From contig CAXBMO010000030.1 in the NCBI GenBank assembly GCA_963977015.1, positions 1 to 64,000 on the forward strand: a stretch of DNA of 64,000 nt, given 5' to 3'. This stretch comes from an uncultured bacterium (lineage in GTDB: Bacteria; Verrucomicrobiota; Verrucomicrobiia; Verrucomicrobiales; DEV007). The position numbers and the translations under genes were made by a program. The notes under the pieces are model-generated. The model was given only the letters and a program-made list of their open reading frames with translations. It was not told the DNA's origin and searched no databases. Numbering within the stretch: position 1 is the first letter of the stretch; each line of letters opens with the position of its first letter. Positions 1-9,757 of this stretch are shown piece after piece.

Positions 1-138
1 GCCGCATCTCAAGATCACGCGAAGCCAATCTTCAAAAAAGAGGAACAACTTGCGCCTCCGTCATCATTTTCAAACGCGCCCTAGGAAAAGAAGATGCAAA
101 CGGAACTTCGCGGCCCAAGTTGAGTTTACTCCGCACCG

Positions 139-2091
139 ATGTTCGGCCTCCGTTTCCAAACCAAGCTTCTTTTCGCGATGATCAGTACCGCGCTGATCTC
201 GTTCGTGGCCATCGTCATCGTGACCGAACTTCACCTGACCCGAATGGAGACGGAGAAGTTTTCGGCCTCGTTCGAGGAGCAGGTCGCTTCGATTCAGCAG
301 TCGCGGGAGGAGCGGGCTCTCAGCGTGTCTGCTTTTGCCAAGCGATTGGCGGAAAGCGAGATGGTTCGGCAGAGTCTCTCCGAAGAAAACCAGACCAAGC
401 TGCCCGATCAGAAGCAGATGATGGAGGTCTTTGCGGCTGCGCGTCAGGATTCTGATCCGGCGAATCCGGGCAACGCAAACCGGAAACCAGGTGGACCACC
501 AGGAGGACGGGAACCCGGGATCATGGGAAGCATGCCTTCGATCGCGATCATGGACCGGGAGGGGAAAATTTCGGTCCTGACCAGTCCACCGGGAACGGGA
601 AGAAATCGCTCGATACGCCGCAAGTTCAGCAAGTCGACACCGGCGGTGCAGCGCATGTTCGCCGCGTTGGAGGCCGATCCCAACATGCAGCTCTTTGGCT
701 ATTTGCCGGCGGAATTTCTGCGCGAGGTCCCATCCAGTGAAGGGGCGAAGAACAATCGTGGAGGACCGGAAGCGGCCGCCCAGGAAGTGGTGGTGGCGCC
801 GGTTTTTGCCTCCCATGAATCGACCAAACTGATTGGCGGCCTGGTCGTTGGCATCAACGCAACGACGATGGCTGAGAGGTTTCTAGCCGGCGCCGCGAGT
901 GCCGGCGGTGATGAAGCAAGGATCAACACCGCCATCTATCTGGAAGGCGATATCTATGGCCGGGAAATGCCGGAGGCGTTTCAGACGGACCTGATCACGG
1001 CGTTGGATGCGGAAATTCTGGCATCGCTGCAAAGTGGTGATCCTTCCGCCGCGGTTTGTGATGTCTTGGTTACCCTGGATGGTGAGCCTCACCAGGTTCA
1101 CTATTCGCTGCTCAATCCGGGATCGGCGTTGCCGCCTGCCTGGCAGGTCGCCACCTTTCCCATGACCGGGCTCACGGAACAGTTGTGGGAGATCCGCAAG
1201 AACGGTGCGATCATCGGTACGTTGACCATCGTGTTGGGGACGATCTGGGGACTGATCCTCTCGCGGAGCCTCTCCCGTCCGATTCGCGAGCTTTCCTCCG
1301 GAACCCAGGCTGTCCGCGAGGGCCGCTTCGACACTCGCCTGGTCGTTCATTCCGGGGACGAGCTGGGGCAGTTGACGGAATCGTTCAACACGATGACGGA
1401 GGGCCTCGCCCAACGCGAACAGTATCGCGAGTTGCTGGGGAAAGTCAGCGATGAGACCGTTGCCCAGGCCATGATCGAAGGGACGTTGAATCCGGAATTG
1501 GGGGGCGAGCTAAAGAGGGTTTCGATTCTGTTTTGCGACATTCGCGGCTTCACCACGATGACCGAGCACATGCCGCCCGATCAGGTCATTGACATGCTCA
1601 ACGATCACATGACCGCCATGACGGAGATCGTGCGCGAGCATTTTGGGATGGTCGATAAATTCGTCGGTGATGAGGTCATGGCCGTGTTTGGCGGAATCAA
1701 GAGCTACGGCAACGACGCGGTCAATGCGGCCCGTTGCGCGATTGCGATGATGCAGTGCCGCCAGCGGCTCAACCAACAGCTCGCCCATCCCTTCGAGATC
1801 GGCATCGGGATCGCGACCGGCGAAGTGGTCGCGGGTTGCATGGGGGCGAGTGATCGGCTGAACTACACCGTCCTTGGAGCGCGGGTCAATCTTGCCGCCC
1901 GACTCAGTGGCGTCGCGCAAGCCGCCCAAATCGTGATCGACGACGCCACCCTGTCCGCACTTCCGCCGGGATCGAAAATCGTTTCCTTGGAGCCCAGCGC
2001 CTTGAAAGGATTCACCGCGGCGGTTTCCCCGCATCTTCTCGAAAAGATCGCCGAGGAAGGGGAACTGGAGATGGTCGGAGCGACTGGATAA
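139..2091 (+). CDS. Membrane-bound adenylate/guanylate cyclase (class III) with periplasmic sensor and HAMP domain
   Basis: Two TM segments, HAMP motif (RPIRELSSG...DELGQLTESFNTM), cyclase motifs ILFCDIRGFT, DKFVGDEVMAVFG, YTVLGARVNLAARL. Confidence 0.92.
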   Translation: MFGLRFQTKLLFAMISTALISFVAIVIVTELHLTRMETEKFSASFEEQVASIQQSREERALSVSAFAKRLAESEMVRQSLSEENQTKLPDQKQMMEVFAAARQDSDPANPGNANRKPGGPPGGREPGIMGSMPSIAIMDREGKISVLTSPPGTGRNRSIRRKFSKSTPAVQRMFAALEADPNMQLFGYLPAEFLREVPSSEGAKNNRGGPEAAAQEVVVAPVFASHESTKLIGGLVVGINATTMAERFLAGAASAGGDEARINTAIYLEGDIYGREMPEAFQTDLITALDAEILASLQSGDPSAAVCDVLVTLDGEPHQVHYSLLNPGSALPPAWQVATFPMTGLTEQLWEIRKNGAIIGTLTIVLGTIWGLILSRSLSRPIRELSSGTQAVREGRFDTRLVVHSGDELGQLTESFNTMTEGLAQREQYRELLGKVSDETVAQAMIEGTLNPELGGELKRVSILFCDIRGFTTMTEHMPPDQVIDMLNDHMTAMTEIVREHFGMVDKFVGDEVMAVFGGIKSYGNDAVNAARCAIAMMQCRQRLNQQLAHPFEIGIGIATGEVVAGCMGASDRLNYTVLGARVNLAARLSGVAQAAQIVIDDATLSALPPGSKIVSLEPSALKGFTAAVSPHLLEKIAEEGELEMVGATG

Positions 2092-2225
2092 ATTCCAAAT
2101 CCCAAGCTCCAAAATCCAAACAAATTCCAGTTTCCAAATCTCAAACGCTTCGCGTTTCGGCGTTGCCTAGCCGGGGTTGGAATTTGGAATTTGTTTGGAG
2201 TTTGGGATTTGGCCTTTGGATTTTC
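2090..2225. repeat. Imperfect inverted repeat built of ~7-bp units (AAATTCC/AAATCCC-like) between convergent genes
   Basis: Left arm ccaaatcccaagctccaaaatccaaacaaattcc pairs with right arm ggaatttgtttggagtttgggatttgg. Confidence 0.8.
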
Positions 2226-2230
2226 TCCGC

Positions 2231-3865
2231 CTAAACCTGCGCATTCTCCAACGGATCCCCCGCCGTCAGCGCATTCCGCGCATTCTCCTCCGCATTCGTC
2301 TTCTCGAGGTAGTAGTCATACCCGCCGGAATACTTCGTCACCGTGCCGGCCGAAACGTGGAGCACGCTCGTCGCCAAACTGCGAATGAAGTGCACATCGT
2401 GCGAGATGAACACGAGCGTTCCCGCGTAATTCTTGAGCGCGAGAACCAACGCCTCAATCGAGATCAAATCGAGGTGCGTCGTTGGCTCATCCATCAGCAG
2501 CAGGTTCGGCGGATCGACGAGAAACTTCACCAGATTCAACCGGCTCTTCTCACCACCGGAAAGGACTTTGGTCGGCTTGAAGACCTCATCCTTGCGGAAG
2601 AGAAAGGACCCGAGAACGCCGCGCGCCTCATCTTCCTTCATCGCACCATTCGCTTCCAACACCTCGTCGAGCACGGTGTTGTTCGGGTTCAACTGCTCAC
2701 TGCGGTGCTGGGAAAAATACCCGAGGCGGCAATTGTGGCCCGGCTTGCGCTTGCCGGCCTGAAACTCGACTTCGCCCGCCAGAATTTTCAACAAGGTCGA
2801 CTTTCCGGCTCCGTTCGGGCCGACCAGCACGATGCGATCCTCCCGTTGCACATCCAAATTGAGGTTCTTGTAAACCTGGGTGTCGCCGTAGGACATGTCG
2901 ATGTCTTCCAGGCTGATGACCCGTTGGCCCGCGCGCGTCGGCTGGGGAAACTGGATCCGGAACACCTTGCGCGGCGGCTTGGGCTTTTCCAGTTTGTCGA
3001 TCTTCTCCAACTGCTTCACGCGGCTTTGAACCTGGGACGCCTTGCTCGACGTGGAACGAAACCGATCGATGAAATCCTGAATGTCGCCGATCTGCTTTTG
3101 CTGATTCTTGTAGGCCGCGAGCCGGTTCTCATACCGCTTCTGTCGCTCGACCTCGTAGGCGCTGTAGTTGCCCTTGTAATGATTCAGCTTTTGATCCTCG
3201 ATCTCGGCAACCGACTCGACCACGCCGTCCATGAACTCGCGATCGTGCGAAATCATCAGAACCGCGCCGGAATAATTCTTGAGGTGATCGCGAAACCACC
3301 AGAGCGACATCAGGTCCAGATGGTTCGTCGGCTCATCGAGCATCAGCAACTCGGGCTCCAGGGCCAACAGCCGCGCCAAATGCGCCCGCATCACCCAACC
3401 GCCGGAAAGCTCATTCGCGGGGCGCTCCCAATCGTGTTCGCGAAACCCCAGTCCGCGCAGAATCTTCTTCGCCTTGCCCTCCAACGCTGGATCGCTCAAC
3501 GCATCGAACTTTGTTTGCGCCTCGAAATACGCCGGATCTTCGACCGTCCCCGCTTCTTCGTGAGCCCTCAAAATCTTCTCCAACTCGTCAATCTGCCCGG
3601 CTTTCCCCAGCGCGATCTCCAGGGCCGTCTCGCCTGCCACGGGATCGGCTTCCTGCGGCAGAAACCCCGTTGTCGTCCATTCATCGCGCTGGATTTCCCC
3701 GGAATCCGGCGTGTCGTCACCCAGGATCAGGCCAAACAGAGTCGATTTGCCCGCCCCATTGGGGCCGACCAGCGCCAGGCGTTCTCCATAATTGATCGTC
3801 AGGTCAGCGTCCTCGAACAACGTCTTCGTCGAGACGGATTTGGTAAGTTTGCGAATCGTAAGCAT
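2231..3865 (-). CDS. ABC-F family ATP-binding protein
   Basis: Two ABC domains (GPNGAGKST, LSGGW/LSGGE, LMDEPT), inter-domain linker, no TM segments. Confidence 0.95.
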   Translation of the reverse strand: MLTIRKLTKSVSTKTLFEDADLTINYGERLALVGPNGAGKSTLFGLILGDDTPDSGEIQRDEWTTTGFLPQEADPVAGETALEIALGKAGQIDELEKILRAHEEAGTVEDPAYFEAQTKFDALSDPALEGKAKKILRGLGFREHDWERPANELSGGWVMRAHLARLLALEPELLMLDEPTNHLDLMSLWWFRDHLKNYSGAVLMISHDREFMDGVVESVAEIEDQKLNHYKGNYSAYEVERQKRYENRLAAYKNQQKQIGDIQDFIDRFRSTSSKASQVQSRVKQLEKIDKLEKPKPPRKVFRIQFPQPTRAGQRVISLEDIDMSYGDTQVYKNLNLDVQREDRIVLVGPNGAGKSTLLKILAGEVEFQAGKRKPGHNCRLGYFSQHRSEQLNPNNTVLDEVLEANGAMKEDEARGVLGSFLFRKDEVFKPTKVLSGGEKSRLNLVKFLVDPPNLLLMDEPTTHLDLISIEALVLALKNYAGTLVFISHDVHFIRSLATSVLHVSAGTVTKYSGGYDYYLEKTNAEENARNALTAGDPLENAQV

Positions 3866-3900
3866 GAATCGCCGCTACCCTACTCACCTCTGGCAAAACT

Positions 3901-4046
3901 TCACCCGCTAATCCTGGCGGGCCGTTACCGGGGGCGAATCTGAGATAGGAAAGCAGTTCGGAGATGCGGTTGCGGCCATGCCAAGCGAGAGGGCGAGCTG
4001 GCGCGCGACGACGGAAAGAGCGTGGTCCGTCGCCAGGAGGCGGGCG
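3901..4046 (-). pseudogene. Degenerate, internally deleted relic of the 3' part of the ThuA/cytochrome c gene (5448..8786)
   Basis: 3901-3970 aligns to ~5527-5597 (RISELLSYLRFAPGNG vs RLSELLSYLRFVHGNG); 3972-4046 aligns to ~6084-6156. Confidence 0.85.
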
Positions 4047-4146
4047 GGAGGTGCCCAATGGATTGCCGACACCAATTAGGGCGACGGCGGGCTTGTGGTT
4101 GGTCGTGGCAGAGGTGAATGTCGCCTTGGTAACCCTCTCTAACTCT

Positions 4147-5286
4147 GTGAATACGCAGTTCTATCACGACCTGAAGAGCTTTTCGGACTTTGCGGAACTG
4201 ACTGATGATTCGCACTTTCAGCCCGTTCCCGCCGGGTGGTGTATCATTATCACCGATGTCAAAGGATCGACCGTCGCTATCGAGGCGGGTGCCTACAAAG
4301 ACGTGAATACAGTTGGGGCTGCTGCCATCGTCGTGGTGCAAAACGCGCTCAAAGGTATGGAGTTTCCCTACGTTTTTGGCGGAGATGGAGCCACGATTCT
4401 GATCCCTGCGAGCTATCGCCAACTCGTTGCCGAGAAGCTTGCTGCCTTGAAAAATCTATCAGCTCAAAACTTCGGGCTCCAGCTTCGCGTCGGTATCGTA
4501 GACGTCTCTGACATCACGGGCGATGGCGTCACGACCGAAGTGGCCAAGTTCGAGTTGTTTGCCGGAAAATGCGTTGCCGTTTTCCGGGGCGGTGGCCTTT
4601 CCTTGGCCGAGAAATTGGTCAAAGAGCAACCTGACACCTACGAGATCGCCGAAACCCCTTCAGCGGATGTCAACCTCTCGGGGTTGTCGTGTCGTTGGAA
4701 CGAAATTCCGAACGAACGGGGCTGCGTTTTATCCCTCCTCGTGCTCGCCAAAGAGAGAAGGGGGAAACAAGTCTATCCGCAAGTTCTCGAAAAGCTGAAT
4801 CAAACCTTCGGCAGTGAGTTTCGCGATCACAACCCCGTCAATCCGGCCCTTATGACCTACAAGTCCGTCAACGAGTGTAGGCGCGACGAAAGGCGCTATC
4901 ACAACGGTTGGTCCCTGGCCTGGCTCTGGCGCTCTGTGGAAATCCTCGCCTCAGTGATGATGATGCGCTCCAAGCTGCCGACGCCCATGCTCGATCCCAA
5001 AAAGTACGGCAACATGATGCGCGACCACTCCGACTACCGAAAGTTTGACGACATGCTCCGGATGATCATCGACTGTTCCGTTGCCCAAGTCGATGATGTC
5101 AGTCGCTACCTCGAAACCGCCCACCAAAACGGCGACCTCTACTACGGGCTCCACCAATCGGACACTTCGCTCATGACGTGTTTTGTGGAAAGTGTCAGCG
5201 ACGGCAATCATATCCACTTCATCGACGGTGGAAACGGTGGCTACGCCATGGCTGCCAAACAACTCAAAGCACAGTTAAAGAGTTAG
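4147..5286 (+). CDS. DUF3095 family protein (nucleotide-cyclase-like)
   Basis: TDVKGST, YKDVNTVGA, FGGDGA, GLSCRW, DYRKFDDMLRM, HIHFIDG..GGYAMAAKQLK motifs; GTG start chosen at 4147. Confidence 0.8.
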   Translation: MNTQFYHDLKSFSDFAELTDDSHFQPVPAGWCIIITDVKGSTVAIEAGAYKDVNTVGAAAIVVVQNALKGMEFPYVFGGDGATILIPASYRQLVAEKLAALKNLSAQNFGLQLRVGIVDVSDITGDGVTTEVAKFELFAGKCVAVFRGGGLSLAEKLVKEQPDTYEIAETPSADVNLSGLSCRWNEIPNERGCVLSLLVLAKERRGKQVYPQVLEKLNQTFGSEFRDHNPVNPALMTYKSVNECRRDERRYHNGWSLAWLWRSVEILASVMMMRSKLPTPMLDPKKYGNMMRDHSDYRKFDDMLRMIIDCSVAQVDDVSRYLETAHQNGDLYYGLHQSDTSLMTCFVESVSDGNHIHFIDGGNGGYAMAAKQLKAQLKS

Positions 5287-5447
5287 GTTGGGTTTTGGGG
5301 GGATGACAGACGCGCAAGGAGTTCTGGTATTGCCAGATCCTGAGTTTTCGAAGATTACAATGCGGCACACTTGGATTGAAGAGAATGTAGGAGGATTTGG
5401 TTTCTTACCTGTAGAGCGCGAAATGCGATTGAGTGAGAGGCTCACAG

Positions 5448-8400
5448 CTATTTCATATTTCTTAGCTCCGCATCCGTCCAAGGGGTTTGGCGGTCGCGGT
5501 GATGCTGCTTGGCGGCCTTGACCGCTTCGTGGCTGATACTGGAGGCACCGTTGCCGTGGACGAATCTCAGGTAGGAAAGCAGCTCGGAGAGGCGATCTTC
5601 CCGGGTGATGCCCATGGCGGCAGCGGGGGCCATGAAGCCGGCTTGATAGGTCTTGCCGTCAATCTCGCCCATGAGCCCGTGGAGAAAGACGGGGATGAGT
5701 TGATTGGGATCACCCTTGATGCGGGCGGAGTCGGCGAGCGATGGAGCCAGCATCAGGTCGGTTCCGGGCACGCTCATGCCTTTGCCGTCGGCTCCATGAC
5801 AACTGACGCAGGTTTTGAAGTAGATCGTTTCTCCACCGGTGATTCTCCGCCGCTCCGTATCCGGCATGTCTTCGGGAAACTGAATGCCGCGATTCCAATT
5901 GCCAAGCGAGTTTTTCCAACTGGCGTTGGTGGCGGGATCGAAGGCGGTTCCGGCTTGGATGTCCTGGATCAACGGAAGGTCGTTCATGCCCCACAGGGAG
6001 AGCGTCGCGGCAAGTTGCACACCAGGGACGGTAGGGTGTTTGCGGCAGGCCTGCTGAATCACGTCGATGGCATCAGGGTGACCGCGAACCAGGCCGAGGG
6101 AGAGGATGAGCTGGCGCGCGACGGAGGGATCGTGGTCCGTCGCCAAAGGGCGGGCGATGCGATCAAAGCCTTCGTTGCTGGCGAGGGTGGGTTCGGCGAT
6201 CTGAATGGCGGCGCGGCGAAGGCGGGGATCGCGGTCGTTGGCGACATGAGCGAGGAACTCCAGGTCGGCGGCGTCCATTCCTTCCAGCGTCCACAGAGCA
6301 TGGAACCGGCCGAGCGCGTTTTCACCGAACCGAGCAAGTGCCTGAAGATGGGGAATGACCGTTTCGCGATCTTCCCGCAGGATGATCTCTTTTTGGGCGG
6401 CATCGCGCCACCAACCGGAGGAACTGGCCAGGTGCCGCAACAACGCGATCGTCGGTTCTTCGCTCAGTTTTGGCAGGCTGGTCGACTTTCGCGGTTGAAA
6501 GTCGCGGTGTCGGATCCGCCAAATACGGCCGTGTTGGTTGTTGTCGTCGAGCCCGTTTGCCTGGATGTTTTTCCGGTTGTCAAGGTTGAGCCAGGGCGCG
6601 TCCTGAATGATTCCGCGATACATGTCGGTCACGTAGAGGCATCCGTCCGGACCTTCCGTCGTATTGATGAAGCGGCAGTTGATGTCGGAGCTGCGGAGAA
6701 ACTCGACCCCGTCGGGATCCATCTTTGAGATTTGGAGCATCTCACCCGCCTTCGAAATCAGGGCACGGCGAACGACATGAATCGTGGGGTCACAGATGTA
6801 GTAGGTGCCACGATCGCCGGCGGGAAACTTGTCCGCGCGGTAGATGCTTTGCCCGCAGGCTGAGGTGAAGCCACGAATCTCGCTCGCGGAACCTCCCCGA
6901 TCATTGAGCAGGCAGGTGCTCCAGGCAGACATGAAGGTGGGGGCGAAGTGAGCGGGGAGAACGACCGGGACTCTGGGAACGTTGGAGGCAACGTTGCGGG
7001 GGATGTTCCAATAGCGGGGATGAATGTAGGCGTTGATGACCGGATCGGAGTTGGTGCTCCAATAGAGGTCGCCAACGTCGTCGTGGGCCAGTCCCCATTG
7101 GGTCCAGTGATCCGGTTGTTTCTCAGTGAGCCACTCGTTATCGGTATAGCGATAACGCTCCATGTTGTAGGTTATATAAATATGGTTGTCGAGATTCCAC
7201 ATCAGCCCGGAATCCTGGTGCTCGACGGATTTCTCCGGGCCGTTTCGCCCCACGGGACCGCGTTTGTAGAGGATCTTGCTTTCGTCGGCGATGCCGTCAC
7301 CGTCAGTGTCTCGCCAGGCAACGACGTCCATGGTGTCGCTCTCGCGAACCGCAATCCAGCCATCGCTGAGGGGGAGAATGGCGCGGGGAAGGTTCAAGTT
7401 ATCGATAAACACGGTGACCTGATCGGCGCGACCATCGCCGTCGGTATCGACCAGGCGTTTCACGCGGCCATTGCGTAGCGTTTTCGTTCCCGTACCTTCC
7501 ACATCCTGCATATAACTCCGCATCTCCGCGACATACATCGCGCCATCGCGATCCCAAACCGTCAGGACCGGTTCCTGCACCTGGGGCTCGGCGGCGAAGA
7601 GCTCCGCCACATAACCGGGCGCGAGTTCGAATGTCGTCAATTCCTCCTCCGGCGTCAGCATCCCATACGGATCTTTGGCTTTCTTTTCCTGCATGGAAGC
7701 CAGGGCGCCAGCATCCGGGGCGACAGGCTGATGGTTGGGCCACGCCACAGCATAAGGTTGGATCGTCGAAACCTGTTCGGGACTGGGGAAGCCGTCGGGA
7801 ATCGGCAAGGTGACATGGCCGGTCGCTGCATACTCACAAGCTCGGGCGAACACGGTTTGAAAGCCGACGCAGTGTAACGAGGCGGGCGCTTCCCGCTCCA
7901 GGTCACCGGGCCAAAGGTGCCCCATGCTCGTCACGATCGCCCGGCCCTTTCCGTAGCGGACTTCCCAGGTCAGGGGCTCGTGCAAACCGCTGCCGCGTTG
8001 GGATGGATCGGAGAACGCGCTGCTGAGCACGGTCAGGTTTTTGGCGGGGCCTCGCATGTTGTGATAGAGCTCGTCCCTTGCATGCATCCAGAGCGGAGGA
8101 AGATCGCGCATGATGGGGTGATTCGGAGCGCGAACCGCGACTTGAAACGCATGTTTCGAGCCGTGACTGGAGTTTCCTCCGTTGGGCAACCCGGTGTCGT
8201 CCGCGATCATTGTTTTGCCCGAATCCGGGTTCACCTTCACGGCCCGGCCAAGGGGCGAAGGTCGCCAGCCGAGCCCGATAAGTTCGTTGAAGTCGGACCA
8301 ATCGCGAAACGCGTTGTTGGCCCCGTGCACCAACACCGTTCCGCCGCCTGAACGGACAAACTCGAGGAAAGCGGCCTGCATCCCCGGTCGCCAATTTGGG

Positions 8401-8786
8401 CCGTTGTAGTTCAGAATCACGACCTCGGCGGATGCAAAATCCGGCAGCCAGGCCTTCCACCGTGCGGCCAGCTCCGCATCGGCTGCGCCCTTTGATTGCC
8501 TGAAGAGCGCCTTGGCTTCCTTCAAAGCGGGTTCGTTCTCCGGCTGCTGCGCTCGCCGGGGCTCTTTGGGAAAATGGAGCTGCGGCGCGGTCGAAACCTT
8601 CACTTCAAAGCGTCCCGTTGCTTCCAGCGTTGCCCGCAGCGAATCGGTCGTCGACTGCCAGTCATGATTGTTGCGGCCATCAATGATCAGCGCCTGAACA
8701 AGAGCTTCTTCAGCAAAGACGCCAGTGGGGGAACTGAGGACAAAGGCAGCAAGAATCAGGGATTTCATGGGGTTGAAGGCTTTCAT
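5448..8786 (-). CDS. Secreted ThuA-domain / PVC-type beta-propeller dehydrogenase / HEAT / cytochrome c protein
   Basis: Signal peptide, ThuA motifs (DGRNNHDW, HPIM..LP..W.HA.DELY), DTDGDG repeats, HEAT-like region, C-terminal CVSCH heme motif. Confidence 0.85.
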   Translation of the reverse strand: MKAFNPMKSLILAAFVLSSPTGVFAEEALVQALIIDGRNNHDWQSTTDSLRATLEATGRFEVKVSTAPQLHFPKEPRRAQQPENEPALKEAKALFRQSKGAADAELAARWKAWLPDFASAEVVILNYNGPNWRPGMQAAFLEFVRSGGGTVLVHGANNAFRDWSDFNELIGLGWRPSPLGRAVKVNPDSGKTMIADDTGLPNGGNSSHGSKHAFQVAVRAPNHPIMRDLPPLWMHARDELYHNMRGPAKNLTVLSSAFSDPSQRGSGLHEPLTWEVRYGKGRAIVTSMGHLWPGDLEREAPASLHCVGFQTVFARACEYAATGHVTLPIPDGFPSPEQVSTIQPYAVAWPNHQPVAPDAGALASMQEKKAKDPYGMLTPEEELTTFELAPGYVAELFAAEPQVQEPVLTVWDRDGAMYVAEMRSYMQDVEGTGTKTLRNGRVKRLVDTDGDGRADQVTVFIDNLNLPRAILPLSDGWIAVRESDTMDVVAWRDTDGDGIADESKILYKRGPVGRNGPEKSVEHQDSGLMWNLDNHIYITYNMERYRYTDNEWLTEKQPDHWTQWGLAHDDVGDLYWSTNSDPVINAYIHPRYWNIPRNVASNVPRVPVVLPAHFAPTFMSAWSTCLLNDRGGSASEIRGFTSACGQSIYRADKFPAGDRGTYYICDPTIHVVRRALISKAGEMLQISKMDPDGVEFLRSSDINCRFINTTEGPDGCLYVTDMYRGIIQDAPWLNLDNRKNIQANGLDDNNQHGRIWRIRHRDFQPRKSTSLPKLSEEPTIALLRHLASSSGWWRDAAQKEIILREDRETVIPHLQALARFGENALGRFHALWTLEGMDAADLEFLAHVANDRDPRLRRAAIQIAEPTLASNEGFDRIARPLATDHDPSVARQLILSLGLVRGHPDAIDVIQQACRKHPTVPGVQLAATLSLWGMNDLPLIQDIQAGTAFDPATNASWKNSLGNWNRGIQFPEDMPDTERRRITGGETIYFKTCVSCHGADGKGMSVPGTDLMLAPSLADSARIKGDPNQLIPVFLHGLMGEIDGKTYQAGFMAPAAAMGITREDRLSELLSYLRFVHGNGASSISHEAVKAAKQHHRDRQTPWTDAELRNMK

Positions 8787-8857
8787 CGGAAGAAATGGCG
8801 AAAGCTGCCAAACCTTAGCGGGGCAACTTGGGAAACCTGAGCCTGATTGTTTGCCGG

Positions 8858-9658
8858 TCAAACAGCTGCCACGACAAAGTCGAAGGGGTAAATATCTCCA
8901 TCCGATTCCGCCACAATCGCGTTTTCCGGACGCACGTCTGTCGCCACGAGGTTCGCGCGTTGCCAAGTCAGCTGGGTCAGCATTTCCAATTCCGTCGGTG
9001 GTGAGATTCGCTGCCATCCCTGTTCGCGCATCCACGCAGCCAACTGGTCTTCTGTAGGGTTTCCGCCAACGAGAAAGGGCTGTGTGAGGATTACAAAGTC
9101 ACCATTGGCGCCAATGGAATCGATCCCAAGCCGGCTGGGAAAGGCGTGGGTCTCGGCCAGCCAATAGCGGGTGAGGGCTTCCGCGAGATTTCCGGGCCGG
9201 AGCAGCCATCGGCCTTCTGCATCGGCGTCGAGCACCCACCCAAATTGGGCTTTGCCGGATGTCCCGAGGAGTTTGGCTACCTGCTGATTTGAATCATCTC
9301 CAAAAACGACAGCTTCGCCGCCTCCGCCGATCAACATCAGATCGCCACGGGTGTCGGAATCGTGGAAATCCGCCAAGCGGGTGGCGAGGGAGCGGCCAAA
9401 CTCCGGCGTTTCCCGAAAGATTTCGCCTAGCTCTCGGTCGACTTGCTGACCGTTGAGTCTTTGGGCGAACTGGTCTTTTTCAGCGCATCTTCCGGCAGCA
9501 CGGGCCCACTGCGTGACTCGAGTTCCGCTGCCCGCCGACGATTGCGGCGCGTTTGTTCCAGCATCTCTTCCGCTGAAACCCAGCGCTGATTTTCCGGCTT
9601 CATGCGAAAACCCTAGCACGTCGGGAAGGTTCCTCAATGCGAATTCAGGCCAATCCAT
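8858..9658 (-). CDS. Stand-alone kinase resembling the polyvalent-protein kinase domain (Kinase-PolyVal)
   Basis: GGGGEAVV, TQPFLVGGNPT, M...GW, TDVRPENA, DGDIYPFDF motifs; start codon uncertain. Confidence 0.65.
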   Translation of the reverse strand: MDWPEFALRNLPDVLGFSHEAGKSALGFSGRDAGTNAPQSSAGSGTRVTQWARAAGRCAEKDQFAQRLNGQQVDRELGEIFRETPEFGRSLATRLADFHDSDTRGDLMLIGGGGEAVVFGDDSNQQVAKLLGTSGKAQFGWVLDADAEGRWLLRPGNLAEALTRYWLAETHAFPSRLGIDSIGANGDFVILTQPFLVGGNPTEDQLAAWMREQGWQRISPPTELEMLTQLTWQRANLVATDVRPENAIVAESDGDIYPFDFVVAAV

Positions 9659-9757
9659 TTGGTCGAAACCCACGTGGCGGAGCAACGCCGGATCAACTGG
9701 CAAGTATAGAAAATCGGACTGGCGCCAACCCGCATTCCGCGCATCGTGCGCCACATT

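Noticed and set aside
2177-3943. Long antisense ORFs opposite ABC-F (likewise opposite thrS 17589-19478 and DUF1592 55127-57001)
   Set aside because: No recognisable motifs; mirror frames of well-supported genes
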